Shown: positions 41,675 to 50,991 of the stretch, one piece after another | Layout of the letters: each line of letters opens with the position of its first letter | Position numbering within the stretch: the first letter of the stretch is position 1 | Source of the DNA: Desulfomonilia bacterium | Lineage (GTDB): Bacteria > Desulfobacterota > Desulfomonilia > UBA1062 | Assembly: GCA_050014195.1 (NCBI GenBank) | Contig: JBEKDT010000014.1 | Location: forward strand, 64,001-128,000 | DNA: 64,000 nucleotides | Direction of reading: 5' to 3' | The notes under the pieces: generated by a model | Told to the model about the DNA's origin: nothing | What the model saw: the letters and a program-made list of their open reading frames with translations, nothing else | Database searches by the model: none | Translations under genes and position numbers: made by a program

Positions 41675-41772
41675 TGTCGGTAAAGTTAACAATTAATCCA
41701 TAATGATATACTCTAATAAATTCAAAGAGATCATTATAGTTAAACAAAAATGACCTGTCGAATTATTTAACA
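41675..41772. promoter_or_regulatory. two TGT-N11-ACA enhancer-like boxes
   Basis: TGTCGGTAAAGTTAACA (41675-41691) and TGTCGAATTATTTAACA (41756-41772) upstream of a sigma54 promoter. Confidence 0.6.
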
Positions 41773-41882
41773 ACTTCTTCTCTGTAAATTGCTCCATGTC
41801 AAGAATTTAGCCGCAATACTGAGAGGCTAATAAATAGTGATTCTTAGTGGTTATGCAGTGAAAATACTTCCAAGGATACTTC

Positions 41883-41898
41883 TGGTATAATTCTTGCT
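41883..41898 (+). promoter_or_regulatory. putative sigma54 promoter
   Basis: TGGTATAATTCTTGCT = GG-N10-GC upstream of the second PEP-CTERM gene. Confidence 0.6.
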
Positions 41899-41998
41899 GA
41901 ATAGTTGCCACGATAACAAAAGTTCAGGATTTTTGTTCAATCTTGAATAAGGCTAGGCATTAATAGGTGAAAATCAAAATATCATGAGGAGGAGTAAA

Positions 41999-42679
41999 AT
42001 GAAAAAAATAGTTTTTTGTCTCGCATTTTTTCTTAGCATACTAGGGTTTCTGCTGACCACTGTCTCACCGGCGCGGGCGGACTTGATTACCTTGACGAGT
42101 AGTACAACAAGCACAACGGGAACCTCATTAGGAACAGCGGGAGTTGCTCCTGATTCCACACTGCAGAGCCTGCTTTTGAGTGGCAATATATCGGGCCTTA
42201 CCTTTACAGCCGTTACAGTAGACAATACTGGAACCTTTACGCCAGTTCCTTCATCGGCTCCAGCAGGCACAGAAGTTATTACTCTCCCCGGTGGGACCTC
42301 TGGAAATGGGTACAGCGGATTTTTCTTGGTCACCTTTACCCTGCCGACCGGCTTTAGTTCTGCATCTCTCTCAGGGGCGGGTAACGTTGATGATCAGGGG
42401 TATGTTTTTCTTAACGGGAATCTTATCAGTAGTAGCCTAGTCGAGTTTGGTGATACTACTTTTTCAGACAGCACCCAATCTGATTTTGTTGCTGGTATAA
42501 ACCAATTTGTGATTGCAGATAACAACTCTGGCGGGGGTCCAAGCGGGGCCGCATTCTATGCAAACATTTCATTTACTCCCGGTACCAACCCACCCCCCGT
42601 GCCCGAACCCTGCACCATCCTCCTACTCGGCTCAGGTCTGCTGGGATTTGCAGGACTAAGAAAGAAAATGAAAAAGTAA
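41999..42679 (+). CDS. PEP-CTERM sorting domain protein
   Basis: AGGAG RBS, signal peptide, S/T/G-rich body, PVPEPCTILLLGSGLLGFAGLRKKMKK. Confidence 0.93.
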   Translation: MKKIVFCLAFFLSILGFLLTTVSPARADLITLTSSTTSTTGTSLGTAGVAPDSTLQSLLLSGNISGLTFTAVTVDNTGTFTPVPSSAPAGTEVITLPGGTSGNGYSGFFLVTFTLPTGFSSASLSGAGNVDDQGYVFLNGNLISSSLVEFGDTTFSDSTQSDFVAGINQFVIADNNSGGGPSGAAFYANISFTPGTNPPPVPEPCTILLLGSGLLGFAGLRKKMKK

Positions 42680-42705
42680 CAACAGCTCATTGATTGTACT
42701 GATAG

Positions 42706-42735
42706 AGGCAGGGTGATTTATGGCCCTGCCTTTTT
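42706..42735 (+). terminator. intrinsic terminator
   Basis: AGGCAGGG...CCCTGCCTTTTT. Confidence 0.7.
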
Positions 42736-43308
42736 CATATATTGAACCATAGATAACTTCGGATAAATTAATGGCTCTCACTTAAAATCATCAACTATAG
42801 ATTATGCAAAAGGATTATCGGTTTTATAAGCATGGAAAAACTGTATAGTTCGTGCCAAGATCTTTGCTTTGTCCATATTGAATGTTTCTTCAGATAATAT
42901 CCGGTTGATCCGGACTGAAGGTTACGCGCCACCACCTGGATTCTTTCCTCCGTGCTTGTACTACCTTCCAAGAACATTACATTCAGAAGCATAGGTGGAC
43001 GAGGTATCTTATCCCGTTTCATGTAGGTTTCCCAATGCTTCTCACCCAAAACTCTGTGCTCACGATTAGAGAAAGTAGGCTTTATCCGGATGATCCTTAA
43101 ATCCTTACGATACACAATAGGTATTCCCTGATGAGATTGTTTGTGGTAGTGACCATAAACTGAGATTAAATATAAATGGTCATATAAGCTCAGAAAAGCA
43201 TAATAGATTATGAATGACCAAACCTACTCTATAAACCTGGAATCACCGAAGCCTTTTCTCTATTTTCCAGACTGCAAGCACTGATTTTCGTATGCCGGGG
43301 GGATATTA

Positions 43309-45996
43309 ATGGTAATGATTATTGATGGCAAGGAATGTACATTCACCCCGGGCCAGACGGTCTACGAGGTGGCCAGGGCAAACGGCATTCCCATCCCGGT
43401 CCTATGCCACCAGGAGCAGCTCAAACCCGTAGGGGCCTGCCGCGTCTGTGTCGTGGAGGTCCAGGGTGCCCGCTCACTGGTTGCTTCCTGCGCCATGCCT
43501 GCGGAGAAGGGCATGATCGTGACCACAAACTCCGAGCGGGTATTGGCCTCCCGCAAACTCACCGTGGAGCTGCTCCTCACCCAGGGGCATCACAACTGCC
43601 TGGTATGCGAGAGCAGCGGTGACTGTGTGCTCCAGAGCCTGGCCTACTCGCTGGGGATCGACACCCCGCGTTTCCCGGAATCCACTGAGTTCAAACCCCT
43701 GGAGCAGGCCAACGAGATGATCGTGCGCGACATGAACAAGTGCATCCTGTGCGGCTTGTGCGTGCGGGCATGCAATGAGATCCAGGTAAACCAGGTGCTC
43801 GACTTTTCAGGACGCGGCCCTACGGCAAGTGTAGGACCGGCCTTTGGCACGACCTATGAGGACTCGAACTGCGTGTTCTGCGGAGAGTGCGTCCGTCTCT
43901 GCCCTGTGGGTGCCATATTTGAGAAGCAGGGCCGTTTCAAGAGCAGGGCCGGCGAAACCCGGAAGGTGAGAACCACCTGCGGATACTGTGGTGTAGGCTG
44001 CCAGATGGAACTGGGCGTGAAGGACGGCAAGGTGGTCAAGGTGACCACCCCCAGATGGAATGCACCCGCACCCAACTATGGCAGCCTCTGCATCAAGGGC
44101 CGTTTCGGATATGACTTTCTTGACCATCCGGACAGGCTCACCAAACCCATGATCAGGGTAGACGGAGAACTCAAAGAGACAAGCTGGGATGTGGCCCTCG
44201 CATACATAGCCGACAAGCTAGGCACCATAAAAGAGAAAAACGGCCCGGATGCCGTTGCCGGTTTGGCATCGGCCCGGTGTACAAACGAAGAAAACTACCT
44301 CTTCCAGAAATTCCTGCGTGCAGTGATAGGCACCAACAATGTGGATCACTGCGCCCGGCTCTGACACAGCTCCACAGTGGCCGGTCTGGCCACTGCATTC
44401 GGCTCGGGCGCCATGACGAACTCCATTGCGGATATGGAAGAGTCGAAATGTTTTCTCATCACCGGGACCAACACGACGGAAAACCACCCGGTGATCTCCA
44501 CCTTCATCAAGCGGGCAGTGACCCAGCGCGGTGCCAAGTTGATCCTTGCAGACCCGAGGGGCATCGAGCTCTCCAAGTTTGCAACCGTGTGGCTCCGCCA
44601 GAAGCCGGGTACCGACATTGCCTGGATCAACGGTATGATGAATGTGATCATCGGCGAGGGGCTTCTGAACGAGGCCTTCATCGCCGAGCGTACCGAAAAC
44701 TTCGAGGCTGTCAAAGAGGCGGTTAAGAAGTATACCCCTGAGTATGTGGAGAAGATCACAGGTATCCCGGCAGAAGACCTGAAAAAGGCGGCACGACTCT
44801 ATGCCAAATCGCCTGATGCTTCCATTGTGTATGCCATGGGCATCACCCAGCACATCACCGGGACCGATAATGTGAAGTCGCTCGCCAACCTGGCCATGCT
44901 CACGGGCAACATCGGCAGGCCCGGCACCGGCGTGAATCCATTGCGCGGGCAGAACAACGTACAGGGTGCCTGTGATATGGCCTGCCTGCCCGGCAACCTG
45001 CCCGGGTATAAGCGGGTTGCCGAAGAAGCTGAGAGGAAGCCCTTCGAGGATGCCTGGGGTGTGAATCTGCCAAGCAAACCCGGCCTCACCGTGCCGTACA
45101 TCATTGAAGGGGCTGGCAAGGGCACCATCAAGGCGCTGTACGTAATGGGCGAGAATCCCATGATGTCCGATCCGGATACCGCCCATGTGGAAAAGGCATT
45201 GAAGAACCTCGACTTGCTCATCGTGCAGGACATCTTCCTCAACGAGACAGGCAAGCTCGCACATGTGGTGCTTCCGAGCTCCGCCTGGGCTGAGAAAGAA
45301 GGCAGCTTCACGAACACTGAACGGAGGGTCCAGCGGGTGCGTAAGGCCGTGGAAGCACCGGGAGAGGCAATGGATGACTGGAAGATCATCACCATGATCG
45401 CAAACAAGTGCGGTGCGAACTGGGTCTATGGGAGCGCCAGGGATATCATGGAGGAGCTTAGGAAGGTTACTGCATCATATGCAGGCATCACCTATGACCG
45501 TATCGAATGGACAGGCATCCAGTGGCCATGCCCCAATACCGACCATCCGGGTACGCCCATACTCCACACCCACGCCTTCACCCGGGGCAAGGGGCTCTTC
45601 AGTGTGTGCGAGCACATCCCGCCCGCCGAGCAGATCGATGCCGAATATCCCTTTGTCCTGACCACCGGAAGGATACTCTATCAGTACCATACTGCAACCA
45701 TGAGCCGCCGCTCCAAGGGGCTTGTATCCAGGACACCCAAGGCCTTTGTGGAGATCAACCGGGCAGATGCCGAGGAACTGGGCATCAAGAAGGGCGACAA
45801 GGTGGAGATTACCAGCCGCAGGGGCTCCATCGAGGCCCTGGCGGACGTCTCAAACAGATGCGATACAGGGGTTGTATTCATCCCGTTCCACTATGCAGAG
45901 GCGGCAGTAAACAAGCTCACCATCTCTGCCATCGACCCGGTGGCCAACATCCCTGAGTACAAGGTGTGCGCGGTGAAGCTCCTGAAGGTGGCATAG
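43309..45996 (+). CDS. fdhF: selenocysteine-containing formate dehydrogenase alpha subunit (895 aa with UGA read-through)
   Basis: Two ORF-track pieces are in frame across TGA 44362-44364 in DHCARL-U-HSSTVAGL; CGYCGVGC, PLRGQNNVQG, C-terminal molybdopterin-binding domain. Confidence 0.95.
44375..44395 (+). promoter_or_regulatory. bacterial SECIS element
   Basis: CAGTGGCC-GGTCT-GGCCACTG hairpin starting 11 nt after the in-frame UGA. Confidence 0.88.
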
Positions 45997-46002
45997 GTAT
46001 TC

Positions 46003-46042
46003 AAAAAAAAGGAGCGGTTCCGTTGGTTGGGAACCGCTCCTT
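46003..46042. terminator. terminator between convergent fdhF and OFA transporter genes
   Basis: AAGGAGCGGTTCC...GGAACCGCTCCTT stem with A8 on the left (T-run on the minus strand). Confidence 0.8.
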
Positions 46043-46066
46043 GTGTATCGACCAGGGAAGATGATC

Positions 46067-47548
46067 TTATGCGGCCTTGGGCGGTTTGATGAGCAGCACG
46101 GCAATGATGATGCCGATCACTGCCAGGCCGGCGGTCGGATAGAAGGCAAAGGTGAAGGACCCAAAAATATCCTTGGCCTTGCCCGATATCAACCCACCGA
46201 GGATGGCGCCGATGCCGTATGCAAAGAAGACCACGCCATAGTTTCTCGCATAGTTCCTGATGCCGAAGAACGTGGCCGTTGCAGTGGGTGCTATGGCAAG
46301 CCAACCGCCGAGGCAAAGCCAGAATCCCATGAATGCTATTGTGTAAAGGCCCTGGCTTCCTTCCTTTGCTTGAAGCATCATGATGGATGCGACAAGAATG
46401 AGAACCAGGTTCAGCACTGCTGCATTACGCGGGGTGATCTTGTCGGTGAGCGTTCCGAAGATCGGCCGGCCTATGGCATTGAATATGGCGAATATGCCGA
46501 CCAGAGAGGCGGCGGCAGCCTTGTCGATCTTGATGACCTCGGTGCCGACCGTGCTGGATATGCCGATGGCCATGAGTCCTGCCAGGCAGCCGATGATGTA
46601 GCAGAGGAAGAGTCCCCAGAAAGAACCTGTCTTTAGCATCTTGGAGACATCGAAATCCGCAGCAGACACTGATGAGGCTGCAGGGGCATAGCCTTCAGGC
46701 TTCCATCCGGCTACGGGGAATTTCAGCGGCAGTGACAGGATAACGATGATGAACAGGAAGGCAATGCCGAAGTACTTGAATGTGGTCGCAAGTCCGACGG
46801 ATGCGATGAGCACGTCTGCGATCTTCGCAGTGAGCAGTGCAGACCCGCCAAAGCCGGCAAGTGCAAGACCGACCGCCAAGCCCTTCTTATCAGGGAACCA
46901 GCGCGCGGCAACCGCTATCGGGCAGCCGTAGGCAAGCCCTACGCCGCCGCCTGCTATTACGCCGTAGGTAAGGGTCAGCATGCCGATACTCGTGGCAAAG
47001 CTGGAAAGGAACCAGCCGGCTCCGACGATGATACCTCCGATAATAGCCAGGTTCCTGGGGCCGAGCTTTTCCATGATCTGTCCGCCGAAGAACATGAGTA
47101 TGGAAAAGAAGGCGAGGAACCCCATGAACGGGAAGTTGCTCTGGAAGGAGGAAACCTTCTGGATCGACAGGAGCTTGTCGAGCTGATCAGGAGTAAGTGT
47201 CTTCAATGCGGTTGCGTATTCAGCAGCCTTGGTCGCATCTTTTTCCTTGTCGAGTTTGAAAAGTTCCATCAGCATGGCAGGATCAAGGGTCGCAAACTCG
47301 GCCTTGAGCTTTTCTGCCTGTTCCTTCTTGAGGGCGAACACCTTGCCCAGGAGATCATTCTTGAATTCCTTGATCTCGGGAACGACCTGCAGCGCAGTGG
47401 TCTTATTGAAATAGAGCTCCACCGGCTTCTTGAACACACTGTAAGAATAGACACTACCGAGGCAGAGATTGATGATCAGGCCCAGGATAACAAAAAGCCA
47501 TCTCCCGGAATTGGCCTTCATGCCAAAAACATTAACATTGTCAGTCAT
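46067..47548 (-). CDS. OFA (oxalate/formate antiporter)-family MFS transporter
   Basis: NLCLGSVYSYSVF, GGVGLAY...WFPDKKGLAVG...GFGGSA, NAIGR, NYGVVF; start set at MTDNV after GGAGGGGG. Confidence 0.88.
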   Translation of the reverse strand: MTDNVNVFGMKANSGRWLFVILGLIINLCLGSVYSYSVFKKPVELYFNKTTALQVVPEIKEFKNDLLGKVFALKKEQAEKLKAEFATLDPAMLMELFKLDKEKDATKAAEYATALKTLTPDQLDKLLSIQKVSSFQSNFPFMGFLAFFSILMFFGGQIMEKLGPRNLAIIGGIIVGAGWFLSSFATSIGMLTLTYGVIAGGGVGLAYGCPIAVAARWFPDKKGLAVGLALAGFGGSALLTAKIADVLIASVGLATTFKYFGIAFLFIIVILSLPLKFPVAGWKPEGYAPAASSVSAADFDVSKMLKTGSFWGLFLCYIIGCLAGLMAIGISSTVGTEVIKIDKAAAASLVGIFAIFNAIGRPIFGTLTDKITPRNAAVLNLVLILVASIMMLQAKEGSQGLYTIAFMGFWLCLGGWLAIAPTATATFFGIRNYARNYGVVFFAYGIGAILGGLISGKAKDIFGSFTFAFYPTAGLAVIGIIIAVLLIKPPKAA

Positions 47549-47820
47549 TGGAAACCCCCCTCCCATCCTTTTGAAATTAGGTGCAATAGCTCGCGTATAT
47601 ACTGATATCAAGCAAATCTGTCAATTGAATAGTGATTCATTATTGCAAAACCATTACCCGCTTATTACTCCGGACACGGTTGCAACGACAAGAATCAAAG
47701 GCAGATAATTCAACAGGTGGGAACACCATCAACCCATCTTACAGTATACAGAAAATCGAATATATATGCAATATTATAAACTATTATTCTATAATCCTAA
47801 AAAAAATTGGGAGGGGCGTT

Positions 47821-48420
47821 ATGTCGAACAATCTTGCAAACCCGGCACCACTCGGCCTCATGGGCTTTGGTATGACAACGGTACTGCTGAATCTTCACAA
47901 TGCCGGGATCTTCGGTATGTGTGCCGGGATCCTGGCAATGGGCATTTTCTATGGGGGATTGGCCCAGGTGATTGCCGGGATCATGGAATTCAAGAAGGGC
48001 AACACCTTCGGCACCACGGCCTTTTCCTCATATGGGTTTTTCTGGCTTACCCTCGTATTTCTTGTTTATTTCAATAAGCAGTTCGGCATCGCTGAAAACA
48101 CCGAGGTGTTCATGTCCTGGTATTTGTTCCTCTGGGGGCTCTTCACCTTCTTCATGTGGATCGGCACTTGGAAGGCCAACAGGGGCCTTCAGGTAGTATT
48201 CCTTTCTCTCACCGTCCTCTTCTGGATGTTGGCTGCACGGGATGGCTTCGGGTGGAAAGGTTCCTGGGCGATTATCGCCGGGTATGAGGGGATCTTCTGC
48301 GGGGCTTCCGCCATCTACTGCGCCATGGCCCAGGTATTAAATGAGAGCTACGGAGGGTCGTTCTGCCGCTGGGTGACAAGAAATAACCGCCTTCTGAACA
48401 CATATTCGGCTGCACTCTGA
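47821..48420 (+). CDS. satP: SatP/GPR1/FUN34/YaaH acetate transporter with an apparent C-terminal frameshift
   Basis: ANPAPLGLMGFGMTT, GNTFGTTAFSSYGFFW; start ATG 47821 after GGAGG. Confidence 0.9.
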   Translation: MSNNLANPAPLGLMGFGMTTVLLNLHNAGIFGMCAGILAMGIFYGGLAQVIAGIMEFKKGNTFGTTAFSSYGFFWLTLVFLVYFNKQFGIAENTEVFMSWYLFLWGLFTFFMWIGTWKANRGLQVVFLSLTVLFWMLAARDGFGWKGSWAIIAGYEGIFCGASAIYCAMAQVLNESYGGSFCRWVTRNNRLLNTYSAAL

Positions 48421-48773
48421 GATCCTTTGCCTCGCCTGGTATGACATCGTGATTCCGTCATCCTTCGATGCGGTGAAGGATCTCTCTTTATATAAATCAC
48501 CATCCTGGAACAGAGGAAAAAACATCCGCCCCTCCTTGTTTTTTCATGGACAAACCCCATAAGAATACCTGTATGCACCGGAAAAGAGATTCAAAAATCC
48601 CTCGGCCTATCAGGAATGATTATTATTTAACCCTTTTCATTTTGGGGATTCTGGTATATGTTTTATCAAGCCATTACCGGACATAAGGTCTGATCGTCTT
48701 GGATGTATGGGATGAGACGCCTATGGACCGGGAGAGGAACACAAGTTCTTAAGTACTGCGAGAGGGGTGTTCG

Positions 48774-50435
48774 ATGAGCAAGGTGAAGTTACGGATCAAC
48801 GGAATAGATGTGGAAACGGAGCTGGGTAAGACGATCCTCGAGGCGGCCCAGGGCCTCGGGATATTCATACCGACGCTGTGCCACCATGAGGCCTTGATCC
48901 CCAGGGGGGCCTGCCGCATGTGTATCGTGGAAGACAAGGGGAGGCTGAAGGCCGCCTGCACCATGCCGGCGGAAAACGGCATGGATATCATCACGGATTC
49001 GCCCAGGATACAGCATATTCGAGAGACCACCATTCAGATGATCTTCACGAGCAGGAACCACTACTGCATGTACTGCGAGGTGAGCGGCGACTGCGAACTG
49101 CAGGATCTCGGCTACAAGCTGGGCATGGATCACTTCAACTTCGCCACCTATGAGAATCGCTACCCTGTGGATACAACCCACCCCTATATCATCTTCGAGC
49201 ACAACAGGTGCATCCTGTGCGGCCGGTGCGTCAGGGCATGCACCGATCTGACCGGGCATTACGTGCTTACCGAACGGAGCAGGGGGGTGAAGACCTTGAT
49301 CGTTGCCGATATCGAAAGCCCCCTGGGAAGGTCGAGCTGCGTCTCATGCGGCGCCTGCGTGCAGGTCTGCCCCACAGGGGCGCTGATAGAGAAGAGGGCG
49401 GCATATCAGAGGAACCGGGAGAAGAACGAGCAGATCAAGACGGTCTGCGACATGTGCCCGGTGGGCTGCGGGATCGAGATTCACAAGAACCCCGGTACGA
49501 ACTCAGTGATAAAGATCCACGGCGACTGGCATGCAGGGCCCACCAACGGCCTCCTGTGCAAAAACGGCCGATACCTCTCTCTCTATGAGGAGCATCAGGT
49601 GATTTCTTCCCCACGAATGCGCCGGGGTACTTCAATGAAAGAGATAAAGGCAGGCGATTTGGAGGGTGTGATCAAGGAAAAGATCAACGGCGCTGCAGCC
49701 TATGTGGACGGTTCCCTCTCTAATGAGGAACTCTCTCAGATCAAGGACCTCTTTGGCGAAAAGGTATACTCGCTGAGGCCCGTGAATGCCCCGATACCCT
49801 CAACGGCGCGCATCGAGGATCTGAACACCGCAGGTACCATCGTTGTCTTCCGGCTTGACCTGGATGCACAGTACGGTGCCTTGGGCTCCTTGATCAAGAG
49901 AAGGGTGGCGACGAACGAGGCTGGTCTCATCCTGGTAGATGCTTCGGAAAATACCTTCTCGAAGTTGCCGGCAAAACGCCTGGGTTCATTCGAGTTCCTT
50001 GCAGACATAAAGGGGCTGACCGGAACCAATGACTACCTGCTGGTCTACCAGGACCTCGAAGACAAGGAAAGAGCTGCCTTGAGTTCGCAGCAGGGCATGA
50101 GATTTCTCTGGCTCCCGCCCGAGACCAATACTTTTGGCCTGGCCAAGCTCGGCATCGAACATGCCGCACCAAAGGGCAAGGCGCTCTTCTTCTTCGGTAA
50201 AGATATCCCCGAGGTCGCCATCGAGGACGGGACTTTCGTAGCCTGTTTCAGCCCGCACGAGAACCGCCTGACCCGGCGGGCCGACCTTGTGGTGCCCATC
50301 AGGGACGGTTTCGAGAGGGAAGGGACCTTTTACAATCTTGAAGGAGAGATCGTCAGGCGGGTACCGGTTCTTACGCCCGGACCGGATAGGATCGATCTCA
50401 AAGAACTGCTCGTAAGAATGCTGCCAAAGGGGTGA
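48774..50435 (+). CDS. HoxU/NuoG-like Fe-S subunit with a degenerate molybdopterin-oxidoreductase C-terminus
   Basis: PTLC...GACRMC, HYCMYCEVSGDCELQ, CILCGRCVRAC, CVSCGACVQVCP, CDMCPVGC; ends ADLVVP...EREGTFYNLEG. Confidence 0.8.
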   Translation: MSKVKLRINGIDVETELGKTILEAAQGLGIFIPTLCHHEALIPRGACRMCIVEDKGRLKAACTMPAENGMDIITDSPRIQHIRETTIQMIFTSRNHYCMYCEVSGDCELQDLGYKLGMDHFNFATYENRYPVDTTHPYIIFEHNRCILCGRCVRACTDLTGHYVLTERSRGVKTLIVADIESPLGRSSCVSCGACVQVCPTGALIEKRAAYQRNREKNEQIKTVCDMCPVGCGIEIHKNPGTNSVIKIHGDWHAGPTNGLLCKNGRYLSLYEEHQVISSPRMRRGTSMKEIKAGDLEGVIKEKINGAAAYVDGSLSNEELSQIKDLFGEKVYSLRPVNAPIPSTARIEDLNTAGTIVVFRLDLDAQYGALGSLIKRRVATNEAGLILVDASENTFSKLPAKRLGSFEFLADIKGLTGTNDYLLVYQDLEDKERAALSSQQGMRFLWLPPETNTFGLAKLGIEHAAPKGKALFFFGKDIPEVAIEDGTFVACFSPHENRLTRRADLVVPIRDGFEREGTFYNLEGEIVRRVPVLTPGPDRIDLKELLVRMLPKG

Positions 50436-50438
50436 GAC

Positions 50439-50981
50439 ATGAAGACGATTACAATGGCTTCCACATGGTGTGAGGGGTGCTCGGGCTGCCATATGTCGTT
50501 CCTGGATATGGACGAGCGTCTGGTGGAGCTCATCGGTAAGGGACTCGTCCTGACCGCGACCCCCATTACCGACCTGAAGATACCCCCCATGGGAACCGAT
50601 CTCGGCATCATCGAGGGCGCTGTGGCGACGGACCACCACATGGAAGATGTCAAGGAGCTCCGGCACCGGTGCAAGATGATCGTGGCCCTGGGAGACTGCG
50701 CCGTGTTCGGCGGGATCAATACCATGAGAAACTACTTTACGGTCGACGAGCTCCTCCATCGCGGATATGTCACGACCGAAAGCACGGTGAACGGCACGCC
50801 GCCTACGTCGAACGAACTGGGCAAGCTGTTGCCCAAGGTGCTCTCCGTGCATGAGGTCGTCAAGGTCGATTTTTTCATACCCGGGTGCCCGCCCCCTGCA
50901 AACGTTATCTACCATGTCTTGAACGAGCTTGTCGAAGGCAGGGTCCCCAGGCTTACCCAAGATCTTTTGTATTACGACTAG
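50439..50981 (+). CDS. hoxY: [NiFe]-hydrogenase small subunit, HoxY-like
   Basis: GCSGCHMSFLDMDE, EGAV, GDCAVFGG, PGCPP; short, no distal clusters. Confidence 0.88.
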   Translation: MKTITMASTWCEGCSGCHMSFLDMDERLVELIGKGLVLTATPITDLKIPPMGTDLGIIEGAVATDHHMEDVKELRHRCKMIVALGDCAVFGGINTMRNYFTVDELLHRGYVTTESTVNGTPPTSNELGKLLPKVLSVHEVVKVDFFIPGCPPPANVIYHVLNELVEGRVPRLTQDLLYYD

Positions 50982-50991
50982 AGGTGCTGCC

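Noticed and set aside
42840-42858. TGGCAC-containing sigma54-like sites here and near 41583
   Set aside because: The -12 position is AC rather than GC.
42795-43115. 106-aa minus-strand ORF
   Set aside because: No recognisable motif or RBS; may be a decayed fragment, cannot be supported as a gene.
43309-44364. fdhF as a split gene or nonsense pseudogene
   Set aside because: The TGA is at the conserved Sec position and followed by a SECIS hairpin.
47632-47820. N-terminal extensions of satP and the OFA gene in the ORF track
   Set aside because: AT-rich divergent promoter region; RBS-supported starts are at 47821 and 47548.
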